Origin: Hydrolagus colliei
Taxonomy: Eukaryota
DNA length: 64,000 nucleotides
Assembly: GCA_035084275.1 (NCBI GenBank)
Contig: CM068743.1
Coordinates: 101,680,001 to 101,744,000, forward strand
Direction: 5' to 3'
The notes beneath the pieces are model-generated. The model was not told the origin of the DNA and did no database searches. It saw nothing but the letters and a program-made list of their open reading frames with translations. Numbering within the stretch: position 1 is the stretch's first letter; each line of letters opens with the position of its first letter. The position numbers and the translations under genes are program-made. Below are positions 27,811 to 40,941 of this stretch, one piece after another.

Positions 27811-29814
27811 TCTGTCTGCTCTTTTTACATTATATCACATGGGGAGTTCAGCTTGCTGATCTGCCATATCCTTCAGTTACCAATGGATTGATGTATAATG
27901 GAGATCAAGGCATTGTGGAATGCAGGATTGCACACATTTAAAATGATTGATTTATTCAAAAATTAAACAGTGCTCATTAGCCTCTCACTTTATCATATTA
28001 CAGTATGCAGCACTACCTCATCCTACTCCGAAGTGTTTGACCAGAGGCAGCATTTGAGTGCCGCTTCACAGGATATTGTGTGAGTTAAGTCGGTATGCTA
28101 TTCATATCTGCACTCCAATTTTAATTCCACAAACTGGAGTGGCATCAAAGTCACAAAATCTATTGTTGTTACCATTGTGCCAAACACATGGAGTGGAAAT
28201 GGTTCCTGATTTTGAAGATGGTGTTGATTATCTTGAAAGAAGGAACAGAATAATAATAATAATCCTTGCATTTGATATAGTGCTTTTCACATCTTCTAGA
28301 TGTCTCAAAGCACTTCACAGAATATACTGTAAAGTGGTTTGACTGTATATTTATGGGCAAAACTCCAATGTACTGAAAACAGGAGGAGGGGGTAGTTCTG
28401 GGGTCAACTTTAAGGAATGTCTAGATGGTAGTGTTTTATAACAAGTTGGCTGTTTTGGGGGAAATACTATGTGCAAATTGGCCACTGGCTTCTCCTGCAA
28501 AATACACAAAATTCACATTTTGCAGTATAGTGTGAAACACTTTGAGACATCCTCCTGGAGTAGTGGGTGTTATATCAATTGCAAGAATTATTATTATTAT
28601 GAAATGCAAAAAATCCCTCCAATCATACAGAACAAGACAGCAAGCCGTGATCTCATTAAAGAGTTTAGATAATAGATACAAAGCCATTAATATTGATCAC
28701 ATCATCTGAACCCAGTTGATAAGATTACTCCTTGGTAATGATGTCTCAGTATTAATTCTTCTCTGTATTTTTGAGAATACATCCAGTTGGATGCAGTTGT
28801 CCTTAGTAGCTTATTGTTTGGTGTGCTGCAAAACATCATCAGCTCTATTTATTGATGTGCATCTATGATTATGTAATTGAGTTTGCAATTTCTTAACTTT
28901 ACTATGGTTCATAAACTTCACCTGTTATACCCTTCCCCCCAAAAATTCCAGTTGCCTTTTCTCACTCTCTTATATACGTACTTTACAGTTAATATTAAAT
29001 ATAATTAATTCATTTTTTTCTATGTTTTAAAAAAAAACAATGTTATCTTTGATAGGGTTTTTGATGAACTTTTAAAATTTGATAGAAATCTTGCCCTACC
29101 TCTATGACCTCATGAAACCCTATCATCCTGGTCGTTCTTTTTGCTCAGCAAACATTGTTCTGCTTCCTATCCCTGCTCTATCCGCACCACCATTGGTAGG
29201 CGAACTTTCAGCCTTTATACCCCAGTTTCCAGAACTCCTTCTGACTCGTGCCCTCTACTCCCTCTATTCAAAGCCCACATCAATACCTTTCTCTTTGACT
29301 ATATCTTTGGTCATCCTTTCTTTCTCCACCCACTTCAGCTCCCAACCTCCCAGTTTGAGTGCCCAGACAGCAGTGTAAAGTGCTTTGAGACATCCTCCTG
29401 ACATGAAAAGCTCCATATAAATGCAAATGCATTGTAATTGAAAATCTACTTCACATATTGAAACATAGGGTATAAAGAATACTGATAGGAATATAAAAGA
29501 TAACTACAGTATATCCAGCTGATCTTAAAATACATTTTCTAAAATAAAATCCTGCACCACTTTCTCTTATACTGCTCAATTTAATTCTACACCAAATAGC
29601 TTTCTAATTCTCTCTTAAGTTGATTGATAGAATCTGCCTCCACTGTTTCCCTGGGTAAACCATTCCATACAAGGACATCATTACGCCAAATGTGTGCTCC
29701 GCTGATGATCCATTACAGACTTAATAATAATAATCATCCTTGCACTTGATAGACTTGCACAGGGCATAACAATATTGATCTTTTAAATGTTATTTGGAAG
29801 ATTGTTTAACCACA

Positions 29815-30180
29815 TGTCAGCCTGGCTCACACATCTCTCATAGCGCTCTTGCCTCTGAGCCAGAAGACTGGCTGGCTTGTGAATTCAAGATCCACATCGG
29901 GACTTTGAACTTCCTGTACACTGCTGGAAGTGTACTGGGAGATGCTATCCTTCAGAAGAGATGTCAAACCAAGATTCCGTTCACCTGTTCAATCCCTCAA
30001 ATTTCTTAAATAAAATTGTTCCATCGCTTCACGGCCGTTTGTGGGACATTGCTGCATGCAAATTGTCTGAAGCGTTGGCCCACAAAACACACCAGCCTTC
30101 CACTTAACAATAAATGCTGCAAAATGCTTTGAGACATCTTCCTGTCATGAAACGCACCATATCAGATTCAAGAATTATTA
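29815..30180 (+). mobile_element. Old SINE copy (family of 7398-8116; similar copies ~15245, 18560, 43370, 48270)
   Basis: Shared blocks gtcagcctggctca...cttgcctctgagccagaag, gtttgtgggacattgctg and a caagaattatta tail. Confidence 0.55.
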
Positions 30181-30914
30181 AGTGACTCAATAATCTCTGT
30201 TAAACTTCATTGGCACATTTTTCCTGAACGTTACCCATACATTAGTACCTTGTTTCCTCAAAGCAAACTGATTCATTCTGGTGCCCTACATTTTCTTAAT
30301 TGTGGTAACTAGGCTTTCAAATTGCATTGAATTATTTAGTTTCCTTCTGGTATTGGAGGCAGACAGCTTTCACCTAGAAACGTCAGGGTAAATAGTACAA
30401 GATCCTCAACTGTAAGGATTATTACAAGTAACATCTAGGTACTGTACCAACTAACCCATGGTTGGGGTGGATATTTTAATGCCCTGATCTGTATGTTTCT
30501 TACTGAACATCGGGGATAATTAAAGAATGCTTTAATGACAGGATAGAAATTGTGGTTAAAACATAACAGTAAAACCTGTCTTTGGGTTTCAATACCTCCA
30601 CCCCAACTTCCTCCTGGGTAGTGTTTCATACAGTGGACATGTTTTCTTCACATACAGAAGGAACTGTGGCTTCCAGCATCATTTTTCAATTTTAAAATTC
30701 ATTCTGAGCTGGTAACTAGTGAAGAACCACCAAATTGCTGCTTCTGGAAATAGGATTAACAGTCTTCGCAATCCACAATCTCTTTTCTTTTTAAGCCAAT
30801 GAAAATAATGTTAAATGCCTGGTTCAGCCCCAAAGATGGTATTCCAACAGGTTTTTGACCACATATTGTATTCTGTTCTGTCAATATCCTCATCATTAAT
30901 TGATTTATTTAATC

Positions 30915-31260
30915 CTCCCTCCATAGGCTGCAGATAATCCAGAACTCTGCGGCCTGTGTCTTCTACTTGCTCCTTGTCCCTTGACCCATCCGCCAGGCAA
31001 GCCTTCAGCCATTCTGCCCCTAACATCTGGAATTCCATCCCACAGTCCCTCCCCTCACTCCCTCCCTAGCCTCCTTTAAGTCCCGCCTCAAGACCCTCCT
31101 CTTCGATGGCCCCATCGGTCACCCCAAATCCCCTTCTTTTCCTCCACCCTCCCTGTTCCCAACCCCAGCTCAGGTCTGAAACATTGATTGTCCAGTGCCT
31201 TGAGACGTCCTCCCGATGTGAAATGTGCTATACAAGTGTAATTTTGTTGTTGTTGTTATT
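30915..31260 (+). mobile_element. L2 LINE 3' fragment (internally deleted)
   Basis: Near-identical 3' UTR to 4600-4890, with a (TTG)n tail. Confidence 0.85.
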
Positions 31261-31691
31261 TAGGAATCCAGTATTGTCACTGCATTGTTCCCTCAATTGA
31301 TAATGTGACAAATGACAGAGAGGAGAGCAGTAAGAAGCTGGTCTTCTCTATTTTGTTATTGTCTAAAGATCCTCAGCACCATCCATTCACAGTTTGCCAT
31401 GCTGAAGTCTTGGTCTTAATCGGACACAATAATGTGTTGGAGGCTGTGGGAAATGATTCCAAAGATATGTTGTTGGACGTTGTGTTTATCTGATTCTCTT
31501 TATTTTCTTGAATTGAAGTGTTCAGTCAGATGGTACCTCAGTGCAGTTATTGTTCAAGACACACAAAATTATCACTGACGTTTTACCACAGATCAAAATT
31601 TGCAGCATTTGAAAAGTCAATTGTGTTTCACACAGATGAAAATTCTTCTTTAAATTGCCTTATTACTAAACGAAAGGACAATCACGTCAGC

Positions 31692-31945
31692 GTTTCAGTG
31701 TGAGATATTGTTAGCACAGTCAGGGCTGTGTTTCAGTGTGAGATATTGTTAGCACATTCAGGGCTGTGTTTCAGTGCAAGGTACTGTAATTGCAGTCAGG
31801 GCTGTGTTCTAATATAAGTACAACAAGCTCTGAAGTTTTGTTTCAGTCAAGATAAATTAAAGATCTGAATGTTCTGTGTTTTAATGTTTCAGTGTAGATA
31901 TTGTAAGCTGTCAGGCATTTGTTTCAGTGTAAGATGCTGTAAATA
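31692..31945. repeat. 38-bp minisatellite, ~3 good units plus degenerate units
   Basis: Unit gtttcagtgtgagatattgttagcacagtcagggctgt at 31692, 31730 and 31768. Decayed copies near 31886 and 31921. Confidence 0.85.
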
Positions 31946-32034
31946 TTACACTCTCATAATAATACAAACAGAATAATAACTTGTTTTGATGTTTATTTCA
32001 CGAATTGATTTTTTCATGGAGGCTTATATCTTAT

Positions 32035-32660
32035 AATCATGGAAAATTCCAGTGCACAAGGAGACCTTTCAACCCATCAAGTCTGCACTGACTTTTACAG
32101 CAAGTTGCACTTTCAATCCCATTACCCTCCCATTATCCTTTTACTCCTTTAAAGCTCTAACATTCATATACCTATCTGCAGCCTTCTCAAAACCCACAAT
32201 GTTTCTACCACTCTACTTGGCAGAGCATTCAACATTGCAACAACTATCTACTCTAAGTGAAAATATTTCTTGTGGGTATTTTAAATTTATGGCCTCCAGT
32301 CACTGACTCCCTTACTACAGTACTGTAGTAGAAAATAGTTTCTCTCTATTCATTTTGTCAAAACCTCTTATAATTTTGTACACCTCTATCAGGTCCCCTC
32401 CCAACATTTTCTGCTCCAATGAAAACATACACAGCTTCTTCAATCTTATCTCATAACTATAGCCCTCATCCCCAGAATTATTCTCATATATCTCCTCGCC
32501 AAGGCCTTTTTAACATCCTTCCTGAAGTGAGATGCTCAACATAGCACAGTATTCCAATCAAAATCTAATCAATGATTTATGCTTAGCATTATTGCTAAAC
32601 TTAGCATTATTGCTTTACTTTTGTACTCTACACCCCTATGTATATAAAACCCATTGTGTC
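32035..32660 (-). mobile_element. Old CR1 LINE 3' fragment
   Basis: acctctatcaggtcccctc and aacatccttcctgaagtg blocks are collinear with the CR1 at 54556-55215. Confidence 0.7.
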
Positions 32661-33509
32661 AATTCAATCTGTTTTGGTCAGCCAGATGTTTGATACATGA
32701 AACCCATCCCCATGCTTAAGGATATCCAAGAATTCCAGACATGCCTGCCACTCACACATAGAAATTTCGTTCAATTTAAAATAGTGCCATTCACATCAGG
32801 AGAAGGTCTCAAAGCACTACGCAAACTTTTACTTTAAATATGAATGACTGTGCATTTTCTAGGCCAATGCTAATTTCTGTTTCTGGTTTGGAATATGAAC
32901 TCTCTCCCTGGAGTGATATGTCGTACTTAGCTGAAGTATCAGGCATAGGTTAGTGATAGTTGAGACTTGAGAATCCCAAAGTGTGTGCTGGGCTACTGCT
33001 GCAGCTAAAACCACACAACTTGCCATTGAGAACACTGTCTGGTGAGCTTTTTGCTGCTTCTCCAGCTAGAACAATAGATTTTAATTAATATTGCTAAGAT
33101 CACCCTTCACGTTGGGGCTTTGGTTTGCAGGGTGAACATAAGGAAGAATCTCTGCTCCTGGTGATCAGTCTACCCCTTCAATTCCTGGTCTCTCCTCAGC
33201 AATCACCTGTACTACCACTGACCGACCTGGCTCAGGAACCGGACTTACCAAGACCACCACAGGAGGTTGACTTGATTCCGATATTCAGTTCTCAGCATAA
33301 ATTGTAGGCAGGAGATTGGAGCCAATTAGAGCATTGCCTCCATTCTCCTGCGTACACCATTGGCACACATCCATACTCATTGAATAAGCATTTTACCAGT
33401 TGGAAATGTGGAGTGGTTACCAATAAATACACAGTCACTGAAATTACAATAAATCCTGTGAAGCACTTTAATACATCTTGACGACATGATAAGACACAAT
33501 ATCACAACT

Positions 33510-34030
33510 CTTTCCTCCACAAGCTGCAGATCATCCAGAATTCTGCAGCTCGTGACCTCTCATGCTCCAGGCTCCGTGTCCCATCACTCCCATCCTCTCC
33601 CAGCTCCACTGGCTTCCTATCCCCAGAGGATAGAGTTCAAAATCCTCGTTCTCACCTTCAAGGACTTGCATGACTTTGCACCTTCCTACAAATACGACCT
33701 GCTGCCTCATATCAACCTCTCTGCTCCCTCCAACTTGGCAGCTGGGCCTTCTCTACTTTCCCTACCTGGCCTACCCCATCTTGAGGGATTAGCCTTAAAC
33801 CTTTCTGCCCCACCCTTTGGAAATCCACTCCATATTCCCTTTGCCTTGTTTCCTCCCTTGGCTCCATATCTTCCTCTTTGACCAAGCCTTAGGGCCATCC
33901 TCCTACCTCTCTGCCCTGCACCCTCCCGATCTCAACCCCCAACTGGGGACCAAATTCTTGAGTGTCCATTGCCTTGGGACATCCCAATCGAAAGGTGCGA
34001 TACAAATGTAATTTTGCATTGTTTTGTAGT
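33510..34030 (+). mobile_element. L2 LINE 3' fragment
   Basis: PQRIEFKILVLTFKDLH remnant, followed by the 3' end. Confidence 0.8.
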
Positions 34031-35704
34031 GTCAAATGCAAGGATTATTATTATTTCGGGGATTATTTTAGGTACCTTTAGAAAGTAGTAATCACTTCAG
34101 GAGATTAAATACGCGGAGCAGAGTCCATAGTAAGGTTGATGGATCACGGCCCAAGGAAGAAAAGAGCTTTACTCAAACTAAGTTTTTTATATCATTAATT
34201 GGAATTTGATTCAGTCTTAAGGGAAATGTAATTTCATCTTGATGTTAATTCTCTTTTGTCACTTTTTTTGTGTATATCTTTTATGCAGATATTTTGGACT
34301 ATTTTTGAAATACCTGCACGGTTTGATTTTTAGACCTTTGAGAGGTCTAAAAAATGTGAAAAGCGTATATCAAGTGCAAGGATTATTATTATATATTATT
34401 ATTGTAACTAAATATGGTGTATTCTATAGAATAGTACAAAATGAAGGGGTGTAAAGAAGCCATTCCGTTTGCCATGTCTATACTGCTGTTAGATTCTCTA
34501 CTGGAGTCATCTATTGTAATCTCATTTCTTTCCTCGTTTCTCATCCTCATTAATATAATTTTTATCTTGAAGTCTTTAATTTCTTCTTATATAGTTTCTG
34601 GCCTTGAGTCCATCAGCCACCTCTATGCATGTGGAAATTGCATGTGGAAATGCTGATAGTGTTTCACATCAAAGGAAAGATTTTTTAGATTTATTATATT
34701 ACATGCTCTTAATAGATTTAACTCCCCAGTACATTGTACAATATATTTTACAGGAGTCTAATATTCAAATATATATGGTCAAAATTGCAGTATTTCTAAA
34801 TTCTTTCTGTTATTTAAGTATCACTGATGTTTGTCAAGAAGAGAAAATGTGGTTGCAAATGTGCCTGAAACCTGCCCTTGTTGACAGGTTTGGCATTGAA
34901 AACTCCCTGACCATATGAGACTATTTATCCCTCTAAAACTTTTCAAGAATAGAAACACCACTCATTTGTGTTTTATATAGTGAGTGTTTTTTTTTGGTGC
35001 GGTTGTAAAAATTGATTTCAACTTAAAAAAAATTCAGCATATATTTAGGCCAGTATCTGGCAAACAAGTGTGAAATGTGCATATCCGTGCCCTAATTAAA
35101 CATTTCCAGATCTGCTCTGTGATCAGGAAGTCTTGCAATGAAATGCGTAGAATGTGCATCTTTTGTTTCCCAGATACTGGCATGCAAATCACTTTGAAAG
35201 GAAGGGTTTTAATATTTCAAAAAAGCCTTTCTCATGGCTGGCAATCAAAAAATTGGCTCTCGCTGGAATTAAATAAAGACATGGACGTCAGCACTGACTG
35301 TGAGAGAGAGAATCATTCTAAATCATTTTCTTGATGTCAAGAGAGGTGTTCAGTACCAAGCCTGTCATTAAATGAAGGTTTGAAAATATACCTTTTTGAC
35401 CACAAATTCTACACTTAATGTAGAATCCTTAATTATTGTTCTTTAATTATCATCCACAGTAATTAAGGAAAAGAACACATTGAAGAATTCTGCAAATTTG
35501 ACTCTACAGAGATAAATGCATTGCTTCTAAGGGATAAGGAAAGTGATACCATCTGTGAAGGAAGGTTGGGTTTGGATAGTGGATACGTGGAACTGATGAA
35601 TATTTGGGAATTTTTATTTCATTACCTTTGGGGATCAGGGAGTGTGCATGCAGAGCTTTCTTTCAGAGAGCAAAGTGGATGAAGTAAAATTCACGATGGA
35701 GTAG

Positions 35705-35850
35705 ATCTATTCAGTTCTGATGAAGGGTCGTGGACCCGAAATGTTGACTCACTTTCCTTTCTCCATAGATGCTACTTAACCTGCTGAGTGTTCCCAGCGA
35801 TTTCTGTTTTTGTTACATACTTTCAGCATCTGCAGTATTTTGCGTTTTAT
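35705..35850 (+). mobile_element. Penelope-like element terminal-repeat remnant
   Basis: ctgatgaagggtc..gacccgaaa.gtt...agatgct...acctgctgagt...ccagc...ttctgttttt...cagcatctgcag resembles the chondrichthyan Penelope end as recalled, not searched. Confidence 0.65.
35713..35749 (+). ncRNA. Degenerate minimal type I hammerhead ribozyme motif
   Basis: Stem I agtt/gact, CTGATGA (35717-23), an extra A, stem II GGGTC-gtg-GACCC, GAAA (35738-41), then t-GTT. Confidence 0.5.
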
Positions 35851-36340
35851 TTTAGATTTATTGTGGACTCTGGTGGTGAATGGAGTTCAGGAGTCAAGTG
35901 ACCCTTTCTTATTCCACATTTTCACCATGCAGCTTGTTTTTTTGCCAATCTTTTGGCTAGTAAATCAGAAGGCCCAATGACTGGATTCTGCAATGTGTGA
36001 TTGGGGCTTTTGTGGGAAGAAGCCGACTGCATGAAAACCACACAGTCAGCATCAGAAGATCTTTCAGTGTTCAATCTAACCAGGTCAAAACAAATTAAAT
36101 GCAACATTTCAAGTGTAAATCCACAGTTTAAGACAAGAGGTTTAGATTTTGTACCACAGGCTATTTTTACAATCTTTATGTCTTTAGTGAACAATCAGAT
36201 ACCTAATTGTAAAACAGATTAATCTTTATAATTTCTAATAATAATCTATGATATGCTTATCATTTATATTAGTGTCTTATTTATTTACAAGTTATCTTCA
36301 AGCTAGAACCCCTGTAACTACTTCACCTCCTACTACCACA

Positions 36341-36800
36341 AACAACAACAACAACAAAATTACATTTACAAAGCGCCTTTAACATCGAGAGACATCCCAA
36401 GGTGCTGAACAGTCAGGTCGGGATCCGAGCAAGGGAGAGGAACAGGGTAGGGGGGTGAGGCGGGAGAGAGTTAGGAGGGCAGGGGGAGAATTGGGAGGGC
36501 AGCAGAAGGCACGATTGAAGAGGAGGGTCTTGAGACCTGGCTTTCAGGATGCAAGGGAGAAAGCGAGGCAAAGGGACTATGGGATGGAGTTCCAGAGTGT
36601 GGGGACAGAGAGGCTGAAAGCCCGTTTGCCGATGGTAGGGCGGGTCGGGCAGGGGACATGGAACAGACCGGAGCCCATTGAACAGAAGGGACGGGGAGGT
36701 TCATAGGGAGACAGCAGGTCAGAGAGATAGGAGGGGGCAAGGCCGTGAATGACCTTAAAAGTGAGACGAGGATCTTGAATTCAAACCTCTGGTCACCTGA
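36341..36800 (-). mobile_element. L2 LINE 3' fragment
   Basis: (AAC)n tail on the + strand and QRFEFKIL on the minus strand. Confidence 0.85.
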
Positions 36801-37249
36801 GGTAAATCTGCCATCTGGCATTGCCTGGGATCGGATGGAAAAATGCCAAATGGTGTATTTAGTGCTGAATGAGTTAAATGTGTTCTCTTAAAGGCAGATG
36901 ACTGGATTACATTAAATACTTTGTAAACTAAATAAAAACTGCACCTGGATCTCTCAATCTTCACGGATCTGCCCTTGCTTGGTTCGACTCTGATGACTGT
37001 TAACATGATTTTTTCAGGTCGTAATTGGCTTGCACCAGGGACACTGTCACAGGTACCTGTTGATTAAAATTGTAAAATGCTTATGTGAAATACAGTGAGC
37101 TGATCTGTAAAACAGTATCTAGTAATAATGCAGCAGGTAGCTGGTGAACTCAAAGTTCCTGAACTCTTAGATAGATCCATAGGTTCTATTCTGAAGGATA
37201 TTATGGGACTTTGTTTTTCATTGAGATATGAAACTTTTTTTTAAATGTT

Positions 37250-37372
37250 TCACCACATTCTGCATTTAGTGGAGAAAGAGCGGGGGAGTGAGACGGATTG
37301 GGTAGCTCTTCCAAAGAGCCAACACGAAGAGTCCAAGTGGCCTCCTTCTGTGCTGTAATATTCTATGATTCA
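37250..37372 (+). mobile_element. CR1 3' end
   Basis: ggcctccttctgtgctgtaatattctatgattc terminus. Confidence 0.7.
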
Positions 37373-37469
37373 AGTGGATTAAAATCTGTGGTATTCCTCA
37401 AGTCTTCTTAAATTAGCACCAGAATTAATTATCACTTCAATTCCAACTGTTTATTGTGAACTTTTTTAG

Positions 37470-37850
37470 GGGGCAGCCTTACGTCTAAGGCTTGGGGACC
37501 CCAGAATGTATGTAGGGTTGCTGCTGGAGTCAAGCAAGCTAACACTGCATAGCTTGCCATTGAGAACACTGTCTGGCAAGCTTTCCTGCTGCTTGCCCAG
37601 CTAGGATCATCCTACCCATTAGGGCTTTGGCTTGCAAGGTTAACAGGAGCTGAGTGGCATGATTCCCTGTCCCCAATGTCTGGTCTGCCTCTCCAAGTCC
37701 TGCTGATGAACCAGGCTGGCTGAGCTATCATTAGCAGTGCCCCTTGGCTCAATAACTGGACGACTGACACTATAGAGGGCTGGGCTGGCTCAATTCCAAT
37801 ATTCCATGGGCAGAGTTGCCATTCAGCTCCAAGGAGACCCCAGGCTGGAG
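37470..37850 (+). repeat. Best-preserved copy of the unclassified dispersed repeat
   Basis: Collinear with 32980-33320 and 42285-42710 (gctaacactgcatagcttgccat, agctttcctgctgcttg, gggctttggcttgca). Confidence 0.7.
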
Positions 37851-37918
37851 TTCATCAGAGAGAAAGATCCTACTTTCTTAGAAGATTCTGACAAGTTACT
37901 GTATTGTACTTATAAATA

Positions 37919-38811
37919 CAGTAGAAGTCCGTTTATCCGGCACCCTCGGGACCTGGCCAGTGCCGGTTAAAGCGCCTGCCGGATATTCGGATAGTCTATC
38001 ATTAATACGCTATGCATATATAAAACATTTTTTTATACATAGCATATTAATAAAGACTAAATTATCATTTATATGATAATATAATATATAAATAATAATA
38101 ATCCTTTTACATACAGCGACCAGGCAGTTCAGAGAGATCTTTAAACTGGTGCAAAAGTTACATGTCTGAATGACACTGTTCTCATTGGGGGCAGAAGAGA
38201 GGACAGCAAACGTTATTGAGAAAGCAGCCACCACTGTCACTGTTCAGTTAACTTTCCTTCGAAATGATCCAAGGATCGGCATTGAAAGCAAACGTTTCAT
38301 TTCACTTTTAAAGTTAGATTTGTTTTTAACATCAGACTGGGGTAAGGGGAAGCGTATGTGTGTTTCTGATATACACTGCAGCTTCCCAAGCTTAAAGGTA
38401 TTTGTAAAATAAGCCAGACTTGAGATGTGTTGCAGGGGTTTGTGTTTTTTATTAATTGCTTAAATTTATTAAAATAAAAGCTAAGGCTGTGATATGCATT
38501 GATCTGCAAGCTTTGCTTGTGTGTGTGTGTGTCTTGCTGCTTTGTGGCTAAATTAATGAACTCACCCTCGCTCTCCCTCCTCTCTCAAAACTGGAGAGTG
38601 TACTTCTGTACACTGCAGAAAGCTGTACCTGAGCTAACACCACCACCAGGCACCTAGTAGCAGCATTCCAAAATACTGACGCGACACAAAACACCCCAAA
38701 AATGCATTTTTCTGGATAAATTCCGGTTTATCGAATGTGGACCTTTTTTTTGTGGTGCCGGTTATACGGAAGTGACGGTTGATCGGGTCACAGATAAACG
38801 GGCTTCTACTG
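37919..38811. mobile_element. Non-autonomous Tc1/mariner (pogo/Tigger-like) element, 893 bp
   Basis: TIRs CAGTAGAAGTCCGTTTATCCG / CAGATAAACGGGCTTCTACTG (19/21 match), with TA on both sides (37917-18 and 38812-13). Confidence 0.88.
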
Positions 38812-39164
38812 TACTTCATATCTTTGTTGATAATAGGTGTTTTGGCTGTTTGACTTTAAAAAATCTAGGACTGAATTAGCGATATTTCATAACTATCACT
38901 GGTCACATCTAATCCTGGCGATGCTTATTGAATGCAGAAGTGTTATCAGAGGTAGTGTTCTAGAAAGGTTTTGAAGATAGAGAAGGAGAACGATAGATAG
39001 AGGATAGAGAGAGCTCCGAAGACCCGGCAAAGTAGGTGAAAACTTGGTGTGGTGGAATAGAGGAGATGGGGACAGGGAACAGTTGTGAGTTAGCAGAGCA
39101 GAGGGAGTACTAGCACAGGAGACCACCACCAACAACAGTAAACTTAATTTATAGTGTGCGCTTC

Positions 39165-39580
39165 AACAACAACAACAAAATTACATTTGCATAGCGCCTT
39201 TCACGTCAGAAGGACGTCCCAAGGCACTGGACAGTTATTGATTCAGACCTGAGCTAAGGAGAGGGGGGGTTGGCGGTGAGTAGTTGCTGATGGGTCCATC
39301 GAAGAGGAGAGTCTTGAGGCGAGACTTGAAGGAGGCTAGGGAGGGGTCTATTCGGAGGGACTTCGGGATGGAATTCCAGAGGTTGGGGGCAGAGTGGCTG
39401 AAGGCTCGCCCGCCATTGGTTGGGCGGGTGAGTCGAGGGATGTGGAGCAGGCCAGAGTCTGCTGAATGGAGGGGATGGGCAGGTTGGTAAGGGGATAGGA
39501 GGTCACAGATGTAGGGAGGGGTGAGGTTATGGAGGGCTTTAAATGTGAGGACTAGGATCTTTAATTGGATCCTCTGGATG
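39165..39580 (-). mobile_element. L2 LINE 3' fragment
   Basis: (AAC)n tail. Reverse complement of the 4450-4890 type sequence. Confidence 0.85.
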
Positions 39581-40941
39581 ATTCACTCGGTACAGCATCT
39601 CAGAGTGCTACAAGAGATGGAGACAGAGAGGTAGTTTGGTGGCAAGGGTGTGGGACATTTGAAAATCAATAATTAATTATTACATTGAGTGGTTATAAAA
39701 TAGCAAATTTCATCCCCTATTTAAAACAAATGAAACACAGGCCTTAATGTTCTAATGGGCAGGGGCATCAAAAAGGCATATAGAGAACAATATTTTGCCA
39801 CAAACTCTGTGATTGTGATACATTTTCTGTCCTAGATTCACAATAGTTTCATAGCCTTACAGCAAAGGATTGTCATCATGCTTTTGTGTCTTTTTCAGAG
39901 CCATTTCTTTCTATAATAATATATTTATTATTATATTTCCTTCTACTTCTGTTCCATTTCTTCCTTCATGTACTGTGCTCAAAATGTCTTTGTGATAAAA
40001 TCACTGCTAGATCAGAGAGTAAAATTTGCATTCAACATGTGAAGAATTTGGAATTCACATCCTCTGAAGCCAAATTTTTAATATTAATGCTTCAGGCTTC
40101 GTCAGGATTTGTGCTTACTGTTTATTCACCTTTGTGGCCTAAGAAGCATGTATCAAGGCAGCCTTTTTAACTTGTGGACTGATTGTACTTTCATACAGGC
40201 GAAACAGTCATTTTGTCTATTTTTAAAGGGCTAATGCAAGAATAGGACAGGTGCATCACTGTAACAAACGTATACGATATCTTACCAATCAAACTATCAG
40301 ATCAAGAACAAAAAACATTCCCCTGCTCCCCAGAACTCTGCAGAGATATTTTCCTATAGTAATATTGACAGCTGTCTTTGGAGAAAGATGTATGGCTAAT
40401 TCATTCTGATGGAATCAATGTTCTTACTTTGTGCTCTGAGTTGCTCTGGCCTGAAGGTGAGGAAAGCTCTGCACATGTATAGCTAAGTGCTTCTGCAGAG
40501 CTCTACTAATGAGACCTACATTTTAATACCAATGAATTGCTGATTGATCTCCACAATAACATTAAGGGAGAATTTTGAGTGAAAGCCAAATTGATTCCCA
40601 CCAAATATATCTCCGCTGCCACAGTGCGAATTGATGTCTTGGCAAAACCACCTCCTCAGTGTAGACTCAGCAGCTGGGCTTCAACATGACTTGTTACTTC
40701 ATTGTGGGGAAGGAAGCTTGATTTCTAGGGGTTTGAAGTGTATCAACTCAACATTGGAGATTTTTAAAGAGATACTTGTTGAACTATTCAAAATAATGAG
40801 GTAGTTCTAAGATGACCTAATTTTCCCGTTTTGAGAATTAGCAATGTAAATTCAATTCAGTACTCATTCCTACCAGATCGGTTGCATGTTGAAAGAGGTA
40901 TGAGAAAGTGCTAGGATATCCACATCATACTGTTTGCCTAC

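Noticed and set aside
31692-31810. CRISPR-like array
   Set aside because: The units are head-to-tail without unique spacers, in a vertebrate intron.
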